Source: an uncultured Candidatus Entotheonella sp. (GTDB lineage Bacteria > Tectomicrobia > Entotheonellia > Entotheonellales > Entotheonellaceae). Taken from it: DNA of 64,000 nucleotides. Below the pieces are notes generated by a model. The model did not search any database, was not told where the DNA came from, and saw nothing but the letters and a program-made list of their open reading frames with translations. Where the stretch lies: the NCBI GenBank assembly GCA_965215335.1, contig CBDCDA010000001.1, forward strand, positions 832,001 through 896,000. The letters run 5' to 3'. This document shows positions 55,004 to 64,000 of this stretch, in pieces. The translations under genes and the position numbers were made by a program. Numbering within the stretch: position 1 is the first letter of the stretch; the number at the start of each line of letters is the position of its first letter.

Positions 55004-56275
55004 ATGGTCGCAGGGCAGGAGCGGCTGGGCATCCTGGTGGGGGGCGGTCCGGCGCCGGGCATCAACAGCGCCATCAGCGCCGTGACGATTGCGGCGGTCA
55101 ACGCCGGCCTCGAAGTCATCGGCATCTACGACGGCTTCTCGCACCTCATGCAGGGCCGCGCCGACCGGGTAACGCCGCTGCGCACCGCCGACGTGTCGCG
55201 CATCCACGTGCAGGGCGGCGCCATCCTGCGCACCTCGCGCGCCAATCCGACCCGCAAGGAGGCCGACCTGCAGCGCACGGTGGCCACCCTGAAGGAACTC
55301 GGCATCACCCGTCTGGTGACCATCGGTGGCGACGACACGGCGTTCAGCGCTCTGGAGGTGTCCCGGGCAGGTGGCGGCGCGCTGCGGTCGGTACACATTC
55401 CCAAGACCATCGACAACGACTTGCCGCTGCCGGACGACGCGCCCACCTTCGGATACGAGACCGCCCGCGACCTCGGTACCCGCCTGGTCCTGAACCTCCT
55501 CGAAGACGCCCGCACCACCAATCGCTGGTACGTCGTCAGCGCCATGGGCCGCAACGCCGGTCACCTGGCGCTGGGTATCGGGCGGGCGGCAGGCGCCACG
55601 CTGACGATCATCGCCGAGGAGTTCGCGTCGGACCGCATCGACATCGGCGCGGTATGCGACATTCTCGAAGGCGCCATGCTGAAGCAGCGGATCAACGGCC
55701 AAGAATACGGCCTGGCGGTGCTGGCCGAGGGCATCGCCGAGAAGATTCCCGCCGAAACCCTGGCGCAGCTGCCGGGTGTGGAGGTCGCCCACGACCAACA
55801 TGGCCATTTGCGGCTCGAAGACATTCCGCTCGAAAAGGTGGTGAAACGCGAGATCGTGCGCCGTTTCGCCGAGCGCGGCGAAACGTTGGCCATCGTCGAC
55901 CGCACGATCGGTTACGAACTGCGCTCCACCGCGCCGGTTCCGTTCGACATCGACTACACTCGGACCCTGGGCTACGGCGCCGTCAAGTTCCTGCTGTCGG
56001 ACCCCGGGTCAGGTTCGGGGCGGGCTGCCGGCATGGTCTGCCTGAGGGACGGTCGCATCGACCTGTTGCCCTTCGACGAGATGCGCGACCCCGCTACCGG
56101 GCGCACCCGCGTCCGCATGGTGGACATCAGCAGCGAAGGTTACCAGGTGGCGCGCCACTACATGACGCGGCTGGAAAAGGCCGACCTGCAGCAGCCGGAT
56201 GTGCTCGGCAAGCTGGCCGTCGCCGCGGCCACGTCCCCGCAGGACTTCGCCCGCCGGTTCGCGCATGTTGCCTGA
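55004..56275 (+). CDS. pfp: Phosphofructokinase, probably PPi-dependent
   Basis: GGGPAPGIN, GGDDT, PKTIDND, MGR and GYELR; GGDD plus PKTIDND is the PPi-type signature. Confidence 0.85.
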   Translation: MVAGQERLGILVGGGPAPGINSAISAVTIAAVNAGLEVIGIYDGFSHLMQGRADRVTPLRTADVSRIHVQGGAILRTSRANPTRKEADLQRTVATLKELGITRLVTIGGDDTAFSALEVSRAGGGALRSVHIPKTIDNDLPLPDDAPTFGYETARDLGTRLVLNLLEDARTTNRWYVVSAMGRNAGHLALGIGRAAGATLTIIAEEFASDRIDIGAVCDILEGAMLKQRINGQEYGLAVLAEGIAEKIPAETLAQLPGVEVAHDQHGHLRLEDIPLEKVVKREIVRRFAERGETLAIVDRTIGYELRSTAPVPFDIDYTRTLGYGAVKFLLSDPGSGSGRAAGMVCLRDGRIDLLPFDEMRDPATGRTRVRMVDISSEGYQVARHYMTRLEKADLQQPDVLGKLAVAAATSPQDFARRFAHVA

Positions 56276-56322
56276 ACTCATGTCGCAGGCGCAAGGGGCC
56301 TGTTCCCGACTCAAGAGAGGAA

Positions 56323-56490
56323 ATGACATGGCTGGCGATGAGTTTGTTCGCAAGGAACATTGACCTCGACCTCATGTCGGAGATACGGGAAGACATACGA
56401 AGTAGGCGCCAGATGCACGACTGGCTGTTTCGCCTCTGCCGTCTGATCGTCTTCGGCTTTATCAGGGTTGTGCTGAGTCTTCTGTTCTGA
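56323..56490 (+). CDS. Possible small hydrophobic-tailed protein (55 aa)
   Basis: GAGAGG RBS and ATG; hydrophobic C-terminus; no family recognised. Confidence 0.25.
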   Translation: MTWLAMSLFARNIDLDLMSEIREDIRSRRQMHDWLFRLCRLIVFGFIRVVLSLLF

Positions 56491-56495
56491 ACATT

Positions 56496-57163
56496 CACTG
56501 TACACGACAAAAATCACCAGGTAGTTGAAAGACAAGGCGTAACCCCCCTATGGTGGCAGGTCAACCATACCTATCCGTCAACGCCTGACGGCTCAGGAGG
56601 TTGCACCCGTGAAGCACTCTACCAGGCTCGCTGACCTGCTCCAATCCACCTTGGGCTTGCACCGCGCCCGTACCACCTGTCCGGCAACTCTCATCCTCGC
56701 CTTGTTCAAGGTCAAGACCGTCAATCTGTCCCAACTCGCCACCATCTTTCCGGGGACTGCCAGCATCGACTCGCACTACCAACGCCTGCAACGCTTCTTC
56801 CAACACGTCCAACTTCAACCCGTTCGCCTAGCTCGATTCGTGCTCGCCTTTCTACCTGATGCCCCCTACACCCTGGCCCTCGACCGAACCCACAGGTGGT
56901 GTTGTCCTGGCGCTGGCTTGTTGCTGGGCCTGTCAGGCGGGAACCTGGCGGCACGCGGTCGAGCCGGTTGCGCTCAAGACGCATCAGAGACCCGCGAAGA
57001 GCCTGTTTCGCCATGGCTTTGACGGCATTCGGCAAGCCATTCTCGATACGGCGGACAACCGGGAGGCATTGGAGCGGGTCCTGAATCTGCTGTGGCAGGT
57101 GCTCATGTTGCCCAAATCGCTTCTCCATCCACTCTGCCCGATGTAATTTTGTCTTGTACAGTG
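56496..57163 (+). mobile_element. Internally deleted IS4-family element (668 bp) retaining both TIRs
   Basis: CACTGTACACGACAAAA / TTTTGTCTTGTACAGTG (16 of 17 match); transposase N-term (TVNLSQLA, SHYQRLQRFF, LALDRT) joined to C-term (AKSLFRHGFD). Confidence 0.8.
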
Positions 57164-57251
57164 GAACAACGCTTGGCGAGGGCACTCTACCCTAGCGGTT
57201 AGTGCGAGACAAAAGAGACCAAAGAGGCCACTATCGTAACATAATGCTAGG

Positions 57252-57845
57252 TGTACAGTCCCATGGATTGATGGTATGATCCTTTCCGTGCAATCGAAGG
57301 AGGCACTATGGGACAGATACTTCACGGCAGCGCCACGACCACGCACGCCGTCAGAAAAGCAATACAGCGATCGAAAGCTTCGCTCAAGGAACTGAGCCAA
57401 ACCTACGGCATCAACCCAAAGACCGTCCGAAAATGGCGAAAGCGAAACACCGTCGAAGACCACAAGACAGGACCCAGACAACCGCGCTCGACACTTCTCA
57501 GCGAGGACGAGGAAGCCCTCATCGTGGCCTTCCGGCGCCACACCCTGCTGCCACTCGACGACTGCCTCCACGCCCTCAAGCCGACCCTCCCGCATCTCAC
57601 CCGTTCGTCGCTGCATCGCTGCCTGAGGCGTCATGGTATCAGCCGCCTGCCACTCGGAGAGGGCGACAAACCCGAAAGGAAGCGCTTCAAGCGCTACCCC
57701 ATCGGCTATTTCCATATCGACATCGCCGAACTGCGCACCGCCGAGGGCAAACTCCATCTGTTCATCGCCATCGACCGGACCTCGAAGTTCGCCTTCGCCA
57801 GGCTGGTGGAACGCGCCAACACGAAAGCGGCAGCAGCATTCCTGA
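57252..57845 (+). pseudogene. IS481-family element, 3'-truncated
   Basis: TGT end at 57252; MGQILHGSATTTHAVR, LLPLDDCL, GYFHIDI and AIDRTSKF. Confidence 0.88.
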
Positions 57846-58013
57846 TTGATCTTCACCAGGGGGTCATGCCTGACATCCAAGGCGGCGTAGCGATTCTCGA
57901 CATCGAAAAAGCCCATCCGAGACATGTTCGATTCTCCCCGTCTTCGGTATCACGTGGCAATGTGTTGCAGTGATTCCAAACCAGGCGACAGATGCATTTA
58001 TCAGAGATGCTCC
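57845..58013 (-). pseudogene. IS5-family left end remnant (same family as 2380-2640)
   Basis: MGFFDVENRYAALDVRHDPLVKIN; nucleotide similarity to 2401-2548. Confidence 0.8.
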
Positions 58014-58072
58014 TATGGTCTTATTCCCTCCGCCTCGCATTTCGCGATGGTCCCATTCAGAGACTATCCCTC

Positions 58073-60826
58073 ATGACGCAATCTGATGTGCCCATGCTTC
58101 CCTCCGACTTCGGCTTTGCCAGGCTGACTGGTCATCCGCCGTTTCATTGGCAACGGTGTCTGTTCGAGGATTGGTTTGCATGTGGCCGTCTTCCGTCCAC
58201 GCTCGATATCCCCACGGGTCTCGGCAAGACTTCTGTCATGGCACTCTGGTATCTGGCTCGGCAGGCTGGGGCCGAGGTGCCTCGGCGTCTGGTCTATGTG
58301 GTAGACCGCCGGGCGGTGGTCGATCAGGCAACGACAGTCGCCGACGAGATTCGACAAAAATCAGAAGACTCCAACTTGCGCGTGAGCACCCTGCGCGGCC
58401 AGCACATAGACAATCGGGAATGGCTGGCCGACCCTGCTGCGCCGGCCATCGTTGTCGGCACGGTGGACATGATCGGCTCGCGGCTCCTGTTCTCGGGTTA
58501 CGGCGTATCCCGCAAAATGCGGCCTTATCAGGCCGGCTTGCTTGGCGCAGACACGCTCATCGTGCTTGACGAGGCGCACTTGGTTGCACCGTTTGAAAAG
58601 CTCCTTGGAGCGATTGTGGACAAAGCCGGCGTATTCGGTCCGCGTGGACAGAGGGAGCGGGAGATCGTGCCGCCATTCAGACTGCTCGCCCTGTCGGCCA
58701 CGGGGCGTGACGACAGGACGGGCGAGAAAAGGGTGTTTTGCCTGTTGCCGGAACATCGGAAAGACGAGGCTGTGAGGAGGCGCCTCGAGGCGCAAAAACG
58801 GCTTGCGATTCAGGTGCTCGATGATCCGCCTCAATTGGTACGGCAGCTTGCCCAGCGGGCATGGAGACTCGGTGACGCGCCTCCAGCCCGTGTGCTCGTC
58901 TATTGCGACCGCCGAGAAGATGCTGTGAGGGTAAAGGGCGAGATCGACAAAAAGTTCAAGCAGGAAAAACACGAACCTGTTTCCGAACTCCTGGTTGGCG
59001 GGCGGCGGGTATTTGAGCGAGAAAAACTTTCTGAATGGTTGAAAAGGCATGGGTTCCTTGGCGAGGCGGAGGGACCGCCGGCGCAACCGACTTTTCTGAT
59101 TGCGACCTCGGCGGGCGAAGTGGGTGTCGATCTGGATGCCGAGCACATGGTCTGCGACCTCGTGGCGTGGGAGCGCATGGTGCAGCGGCTCGGTCGTGTG
59201 AATCGGCGTGGCAAGGGGGCCGCGCGCGTTGAGGTCATTGCCGCGCCCTGCACGAAAAGACCGAAGGAACCGGAAGAAGAATGCCTGGCCCGCCTCCGCA
59301 AACCGTTGGACCAGTTACGCCCGGTCGATGCAGAGAACGTTGCGCCGGGTGGCGGGGGCCACCTGCGCCTGCCTCTGGCGGAATGCGATGCGAGTTTCGA
59401 CGGCAACCGAAAAAATTGCGAGCGGCTGCGGGACGCAAGCCCCGGCGCCATACTGGCTCTCAGAGAGCGTGCGGAGCAAGACCAAGCCCTGCAAGACGCA
59501 ATTGCAGCAGCAACGACGCCGGTGCCGCTGCGCCCGGCACTGACCCGGTCCCTCGTCGACGCGTGGTCACTGACCTCGTTGGACGAGCATACGGGACGAC
59601 CGGACGATATCCAGCCGTGGTTGCGCGGATGGGAGGAGGACCAACAGCCGCAAACTACGGTCGTCTGGCGCAAGCATCTACCGGTGCGTGGGGATGGACA
59701 GGAGGCAACGAAAAAAGACATCGAAGCGTTCTTTGAGGCAGCACCGCCACACGCCAGTGAGAAACTCGAAACCGAGACCTCCAGGGTCGTTGGCTGGCTT
59801 GTGAAACGTGCTGCAAAGGCTGTTGGCAGCCAATCCGAGGATTCGTTGGGCCGGGATGACGTCGTTGCTTACGCGTTGTCCCATGCGGGGGACTTGCGTC
59901 GCACGATAGTCGGGCGTGATCTCATCAAAACAGGGAAAGAGGCAACAAAGAGGAAGCTCTCTGGTGCGACGCTGGTGATGGATGCTCGCTTCGGCGGTCT
60001 TGACGAGGACGGCATGCTTGACGAGGCCAAGGCCGGACCGCAGGACAACGTGATCGATGGCGGTCAGGGATGGCTGTCACCGCAGAAGGACGGTTCGCCG
60101 GTCATTCGGTTTCGCGTGCGGTCCGTTGGGGATATGCCGGAGGGGGATGACGAGAACTGGCGGGAACGTCTCAGATTCGAGGCGGAGCGCACGGGGGAGG
60201 GCGATGTCACGCGGTGGCTCCTCGTCGAAAAATGGCGCGGCGATGCGGAGACGGAGGACGACCGCTCTGTCGGCCGGCTGCAGGAACTGGCGGAGCATCA
60301 CGCCTGGACCGAAGGCAAGGCACGCGCTTTGGCTGAGGCACTCGGTTTGCCGGATGCTTATGCCGACATGCTCGCCACCGCTGCCCGATTGCACGACGAG
60401 GGTAAGCGACATCCGCGCTGGCAACGCGCCGCCAAAGTTCCCCCTGACGGGAAGTGTTATGCCAAGACTGACAAAGGGATGAATACCAAACTGCTCGATG
60501 GCTACCGCCATGAGTCTGGTTCGCTGCTCTACGTCGAGAAGGATGAAGGCTTCAGGGCTTTGCCTGCTCACCTTCAGGAACTTGCTCTGCACCTGGTCGC
60601 AGCCCACCACGGCTGGGCGCGACCCGCCATCTCAACAACGGGCGGTAACGAACCGCCTTCCGTTTCGAAAAAGCGTGCCCGCGACATCGCGTTACGTTTT
60701 GCACGGTTGCAGAAGTGGTGGGGGCCGTGGGGGCTGGCCTGGTGGGAGTCACTGTTGCGCGCCGCGGACCAGCAAGCCTCGCGTGACAATGACGATCGAG
60801 GCGTCCAATCTGTGGAGGATGCCTGA
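58073..60826 (+). CDS. cas3: Type I-U (I-G) Cas3 helicase with C-terminal HD nuclease
   Basis: IPTGLGKT, VVDRRAVVDQ, DEAH, SAT, QRLGRVNR; C-terminal LHDEGK, RHE, HHG and AAD; start codon uncertain. Confidence 0.93.
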   Translation: MTQSDVPMLPSDFGFARLTGHPPFHWQRCLFEDWFACGRLPSTLDIPTGLGKTSVMALWYLARQAGAEVPRRLVYVVDRRAVVDQATTVADEIRQKSEDSNLRVSTLRGQHIDNREWLADPAAPAIVVGTVDMIGSRLLFSGYGVSRKMRPYQAGLLGADTLIVLDEAHLVAPFEKLLGAIVDKAGVFGPRGQREREIVPPFRLLALSATGRDDRTGEKRVFCLLPEHRKDEAVRRRLEAQKRLAIQVLDDPPQLVRQLAQRAWRLGDAPPARVLVYCDRREDAVRVKGEIDKKFKQEKHEPVSELLVGGRRVFEREKLSEWLKRHGFLGEAEGPPAQPTFLIATSAGEVGVDLDAEHMVCDLVAWERMVQRLGRVNRRGKGAARVEVIAAPCTKRPKEPEEECLARLRKPLDQLRPVDAENVAPGGGGHLRLPLAECDASFDGNRKNCERLRDASPGAILALRERAEQDQALQDAIAAATTPVPLRPALTRSLVDAWSLTSLDEHTGRPDDIQPWLRGWEEDQQPQTTVVWRKHLPVRGDGQEATKKDIEAFFEAAPPHASEKLETETSRVVGWLVKRAAKAVGSQSEDSLGRDDVVAYALSHAGDLRRTIVGRDLIKTGKEATKRKLSGATLVMDARFGGLDEDGMLDEAKAGPQDNVIDGGQGWLSPQKDGSPVIRFRVRSVGDMPEGDDENWRERLRFEAERTGEGDVTRWLLVEKWRGDAETEDDRSVGRLQELAEHHAWTEGKARALAEALGLPDAYADMLATAARLHDEGKRHPRWQRAAKVPPDGKCYAKTDKGMNTKLLDGYRHESGSLLYVEKDEGFRALPAHLQELALHLVAAHHGWARPAISTTGGNEPPSVSKKRARDIALRFARLQKWWGPWGLAWWESLLRAADQQASRDNDDRGVQSVEDA

Positions 60827-61693
60827 ATGGCCGAATCTTCCATCCCCGTGGACCTTTTCAATCCAGGCCAGGTCTTTGCCTGTCTCGGCTTCCTGGAAGC
60901 TGCTGACGTGCTATGCGGCGACGCCGAAGGGGGCTTCGATTGGAGCGATGAGGCGAACGTGAAATTCCACTTGCGGGCCGATGGCAACGAGAACCCTTTC
61001 GAGGTGGTGCTGGAATTCCTGGCGAACACGACACCTCGGTGTTGGGGACCGAGCGGTTACGAGCCGCCACCGAAAAAAGGCAAAAAGACCAAGGAAGGCC
61101 AAGAGGTCGAAATCGAGTCATGTGACACTTTCCCCGCCCCCAAAGCCGACAAAATGTCGCTGCCGATTCGCTTGGTCTGCAAGAACAGGCCTGCAGTCGA
61201 GCTTGGCCATTGGACGGACGGTTCGGATCGCAATTGCTTCAAGCTCTATGGAGGCAACCGTTCCGCCGACCAGATTGCCAGGGCAATGACGCGCGGCGTG
61301 AAGCAACTTTGGGATGAGAAGCGGAAAAACTTGATCCGAGACCCTCTGAATGTCCTGAAACCGATGGGTGGCAGCTTCAATTTCGACCCACGAGGTGCAT
61401 GGGTCGCGATAGATGCCGGTTATTCGCCAAATGAGCAGAAACACCAGGTCTTTTCTTCCCCGGTTGTCGAGATTCTTGCAGCCTGGGGCCTGGAGAACGC
61501 TCGTCCAGACGAGTTCGGAACTCGCAAGGTCCGTTACGCGGCGTGGGGTGTTGCCCTGCCGCCCATGCTGGCCCGCGTCACGCTTGTTGGCGGCATCGCT
61601 GTCGTAGCGATGAAACGATTCCGCTTTGAACTGGGCATGTCGGGCAAGAACAAAGTCGTCACCTTTGCAGAACAGGAGACCATCCGTGACTGA
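60827..61693 (+). CDS. Short type I-U Cas8-like subunit (Cas8u2/Csb3 type)
   Basis: IPVDLFNPGQVFACLGFLE and FNFDPR..W..IDAGYSP; position between cas3 and cas7. Confidence 0.75.
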   Translation: MAESSIPVDLFNPGQVFACLGFLEAADVLCGDAEGGFDWSDEANVKFHLRADGNENPFEVVLEFLANTTPRCWGPSGYEPPPKKGKKTKEGQEVEIESCDTFPAPKADKMSLPIRLVCKNRPAVELGHWTDGSDRNCFKLYGGNRSADQIARAMTRGVKQLWDEKRKNLIRDPLNVLKPMGGSFNFDPRGAWVAIDAGYSPNEQKHQVFSSPVVEILAAWGLENARPDEFGTRKVRYAAWGVALPPMLARVTLVGGIAVVAMKRFRFELGMSGKNKVVTFAEQETIRD

Positions 61694-62840
61694 GTCGCTA
61701 TCGCACGACGCTATTGAGGATTGGGCTGATAACGAGCAAGGTCCCGTCGCACTGCACCTGAAACAGAAACTTCTGCCCGTTGAAGGCGAAGGTGGTGTCA
61801 TTTTCCCGCCGACCTACGCCGACATCGGCTACAACATCGACACGCTCTCCGATGGAACGAAGGTCGCCCTGATCGACAGCGTGGGTTCCCAGGCCAATCG
61901 CATGGAGCCGATTTTCAAGTGCGCGCCTTATTCGGGACTCATTCCGCAGATCGAAATCGAACTGCCCCCAAAGGAGCACGACAGCGAGAAGCATGTCGAG
62001 CGGCGGTCTCTTCTCGACCTCGCCCATCGAAGCGCCGATGCCGTCGTTTATTCGTGCCCGAAACTTGCGCCACGCCTGGAGAAGGCTTTCCGCGCCCTGA
62101 AGCAACGCGGCGATGCCGGACCGCTATGCCGGCTGGCCCCCACATCCCTTGTATTTGGTTTCTGGGACTCGCGGGGCGAATCAGGCGAAAAGCGCCCTCG
62201 TCTGGTGCGCTCCACCATTCGCGCCTGGGACGTCCAACCGCTTCATGCGGCAGCGCAATTCAATTCCGTGTGGAAAGCGCTCGACGAGAGCCAGCAGAAA
62301 GAACTGGAAAAGGAAGCCGAAGCAAAGAAGACAAAACTTTCCGAAAAGGGATTTGCAGACGCTCCGGCGACGTTCCGAAAAACCAAGGTTCCCCAATACC
62401 GTGACGGGTCTCCCAATCCAGAGGCGAGGGTTCTGGGTGGCGTGCTGACAAGCGGGCCGATTGAACGAGATATTACCGTCAACCTCGTTGCCCTGCGTGC
62501 GACCAACGGCGCAGATGCAGAAGAAACGAAACAGGTGCGTCGGTATCTCCTGTCCCTTACGCTGATTGCAGCAACGGCCGAAATCGATCTGTTCCTCCGC
62601 GAGGGGTGCCATCTCCGCTACACCGACGATGATCGCTGGAGCGCGATTCCTCGCAGAGGCGAGGTGGAGCCTGTTGATCTGGCATCGGAGAACGCCAAAA
62701 AAACCCTGCTTGAATACGCGAAGGAAGCCGTCAGACCTTTCAGAGAGAAATGGCCCGAGGAGTTGATCTACAAATTCGACTTGAAAGAAGCCAAGAAGCT
62801 GCTCGCCAAGAAGGCCACAGATGAGGAAGGCTCGGCCTGA
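61686..62840 (+). CDS. csb1: Type I-U Cas7 (Csb1)
   Basis: IFPPTYA, IDSVGSQANRME, HRSADA, PTSLVFGFWDS and LREGC.L. Confidence 0.9.
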   Translation: MTESLSHDAIEDWADNEQGPVALHLKQKLLPVEGEGGVIFPPTYADIGYNIDTLSDGTKVALIDSVGSQANRMEPIFKCAPYSGLIPQIEIELPPKEHDSEKHVERRSLLDLAHRSADAVVYSCPKLAPRLEKAFRALKQRGDAGPLCRLAPTSLVFGFWDSRGESGEKRPRLVRSTIRAWDVQPLHAAAQFNSVWKALDESQQKELEKEAEAKKTKLSEKGFADAPATFRKTKVPQYRDGSPNPEARVLGGVLTSGPIERDITVNLVALRATNGADAEETKQVRRYLLSLTLIAATAEIDLFLREGCHLRYTDDDRWSAIPRRGEVEPVDLASENAKKTLLEYAKEAVRPFREKWPEELIYKFDLKEAKKLLAKKATDEEGSA

Positions 62841-62843
62841 ACG

Positions 62844-64000
62844 ATGAGCCGCGCCATTCTTCTCTCAATCCGTTTCCACGACGGACGGTATCACGGGTCT
62901 GGTGACTGGCCGCCCGCACCAGCACGATTATTTCAGGCACTGGTAGCAGGCGCTGCCAGAGGGTACAAGCTGACGGACGAGGATGCGGCAGCGCTCGGAT
63001 GGCTGGAAACGCTTGATGCGCCGGTGATTGCCGCGCCAGTCACTCGAACGGGTCAACCCGTCACCAACTTCGTGCCGAATAACGATCTCGACAAGTACGA
63101 TGGTGATCCGGGAAAAATCAATAAGATTCGGACTCGCAAGATCATCCGCCCGCATCTTTTCGATGCGGAAAGCCCGCTGCTTTTCGTCTGGACGTTCAAT
63201 GACGGCGGACGTGCTGAAGAAAACGCCCGAACCATTTGCCAGATCGCTGAGCGGCTGTATCAACTCGGGCGGGGCGTCGACATGGCCTGGGGTTGGGGGG
63301 AGCTTCTGGACGCAAACGAGGTCGAGGCCCGCCTTGCCGAGCATGGCGGCGTTGTGCATCGCCCGAGTGAGGGTGGTAATGGCAAGGTGCTCCCTTGTCC
63401 GCGAAAAAAGTCGCTTGCAAGCCTTGATGAACGGTTCAACCGGAAACGTTTCGACTGGATCAGAGAAGGCAATAATCGGCAGGTATTCTCCCAACCGCCG
63501 AAACCCCGCTTTGCCAAGGTCGCATATAACGCTCCGTCCCGGCGCTTTCTATTCGAGATGCGTACAGCCACACCCGACGAATCCTTCGAATCATGGCCGT
63601 CCACGAAGGCGCTAGAACTCGTCGTGGCGTTGCGGGATAAGGCAGTCGTTCGGCTAAAAGATGCACTGCCCGAAGAGGCAGGAAAGATTGAGCGCGTGCT
63701 CATCGGGCGCGGAGCGACTGAGGCGGACAAAGCTGCCCGGGTGCGGATTGTTCCGCTTCCTTCCATTGGCCACAGCCACGCGGACCAGGCGATTCGCCGC
63801 ATACTGGTCGAGGTGCCGCCGAACTGCCCGCTGCGGGTCGATGATATAGCCTGGGCGTTTTCCGGCCTTGAGGAGATCGACCCCGCAACCGGGGAAATCC
63901 CGTGGAACCTCGTTCGGGCCGAAGAGCGGGGAATGCTCAACCACTACGGTATCGACGACAGTGGACAGAATGTCTTCCGCGTCTGGCGCACCATCACCCC
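62844..64000 (+). CDS. csb2: Type I-U Cas5/Cas6 fusion (Csb2), runs off window end
   Basis: Translated by hand from ATG 62844: MSRAILLSIRFHDGRYHGSGDWPPAPARLFQALVAG, FVPNND, LGRGVD and PLPSIGH.HAD..IRR. Confidence 0.88.
   Translation, partial: MSRAILLSIRFHDGRYHGSGDWPPAPARLFQALVAGAARGYKLTDEDAAALGWLETLDAPVIAAPVTRTGQPVTNFVPNNDLDKYDGDPGKINKIRTRKIIRPHLFDAESPLLFVWTFNDGGRAEENARTICQIAERLYQLGRGVDMAWGWGELLDANEVEARLAEHGGVVHRPSEGGNGKVLPCPRKKSLASLDERFNRKRFDWIREGNNRQVFSQPPKPRFAKVAYNAPSRRFLFEMRTATPDESFESWPSTKALELVVALRDKAVVRLKDALPEEAGKIERVLIGRGATEADKAARVRIVPLPSIGHSHADQAIRRILVEVPPNCPLRVDDIAWAFSGLEEIDPATGEIPWNLVRAEERGMLNHYGIDDSGQNVFRVWRTIT

Noticed and set aside
56276..64000. CRISPR array near the cas genes
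   Set aside because: No regularly spaced direct repeats seen; intergenic DNA is explained by IS ends.

Overview
High-GC window from a diderm bacterium (LptD, MsbA). An intact core backbone is interleaved with decayed accessory DNA. Core: a MoxR/DUF58/VWA/DUF4159/DUF4175 module, hisD, lptD-msbA, oxyR/catalase, sigma54-driven glnB-glnA, acpS and PPi-type pfk. Highlights: (i) two tandem exported redox proteins with an in-frame TGA exactly at the catalytic Cys position (candidate selenoproteins, 5.1-6.3 kb); (ii) a DUF559 nuclease domain bracketed by inverted ~68-bp palindromic repeats sitting in-frame inside hsdS, with solo copies of the repeat elsewhere, suggesting a REP-like, nuclease-associated in-frame insertion element; (iii) a 6.7-kb periplasmic NXR/NAR-like type II DMSO-reductase operon with an all-Cys FS0 motif, inserted antisense into the MoxR-VWA operon between ~60-bp direct repeats; (iv) a broken type I R-M system whose halves, and the split MoxR module, are reunited by one ~31-kb inversion; (v) TIR (DUF1863-like) remnants, one paired with an intact uncharacterised 160-aa gene; (vi) ISAs1, IS5, IS630, IS4 and IS481 elements or remnants; (vii) the start of a type I-U (I-G) cas operon, with no CRISPR array in the window. 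Family calls come from recognised motifs, not database searches.
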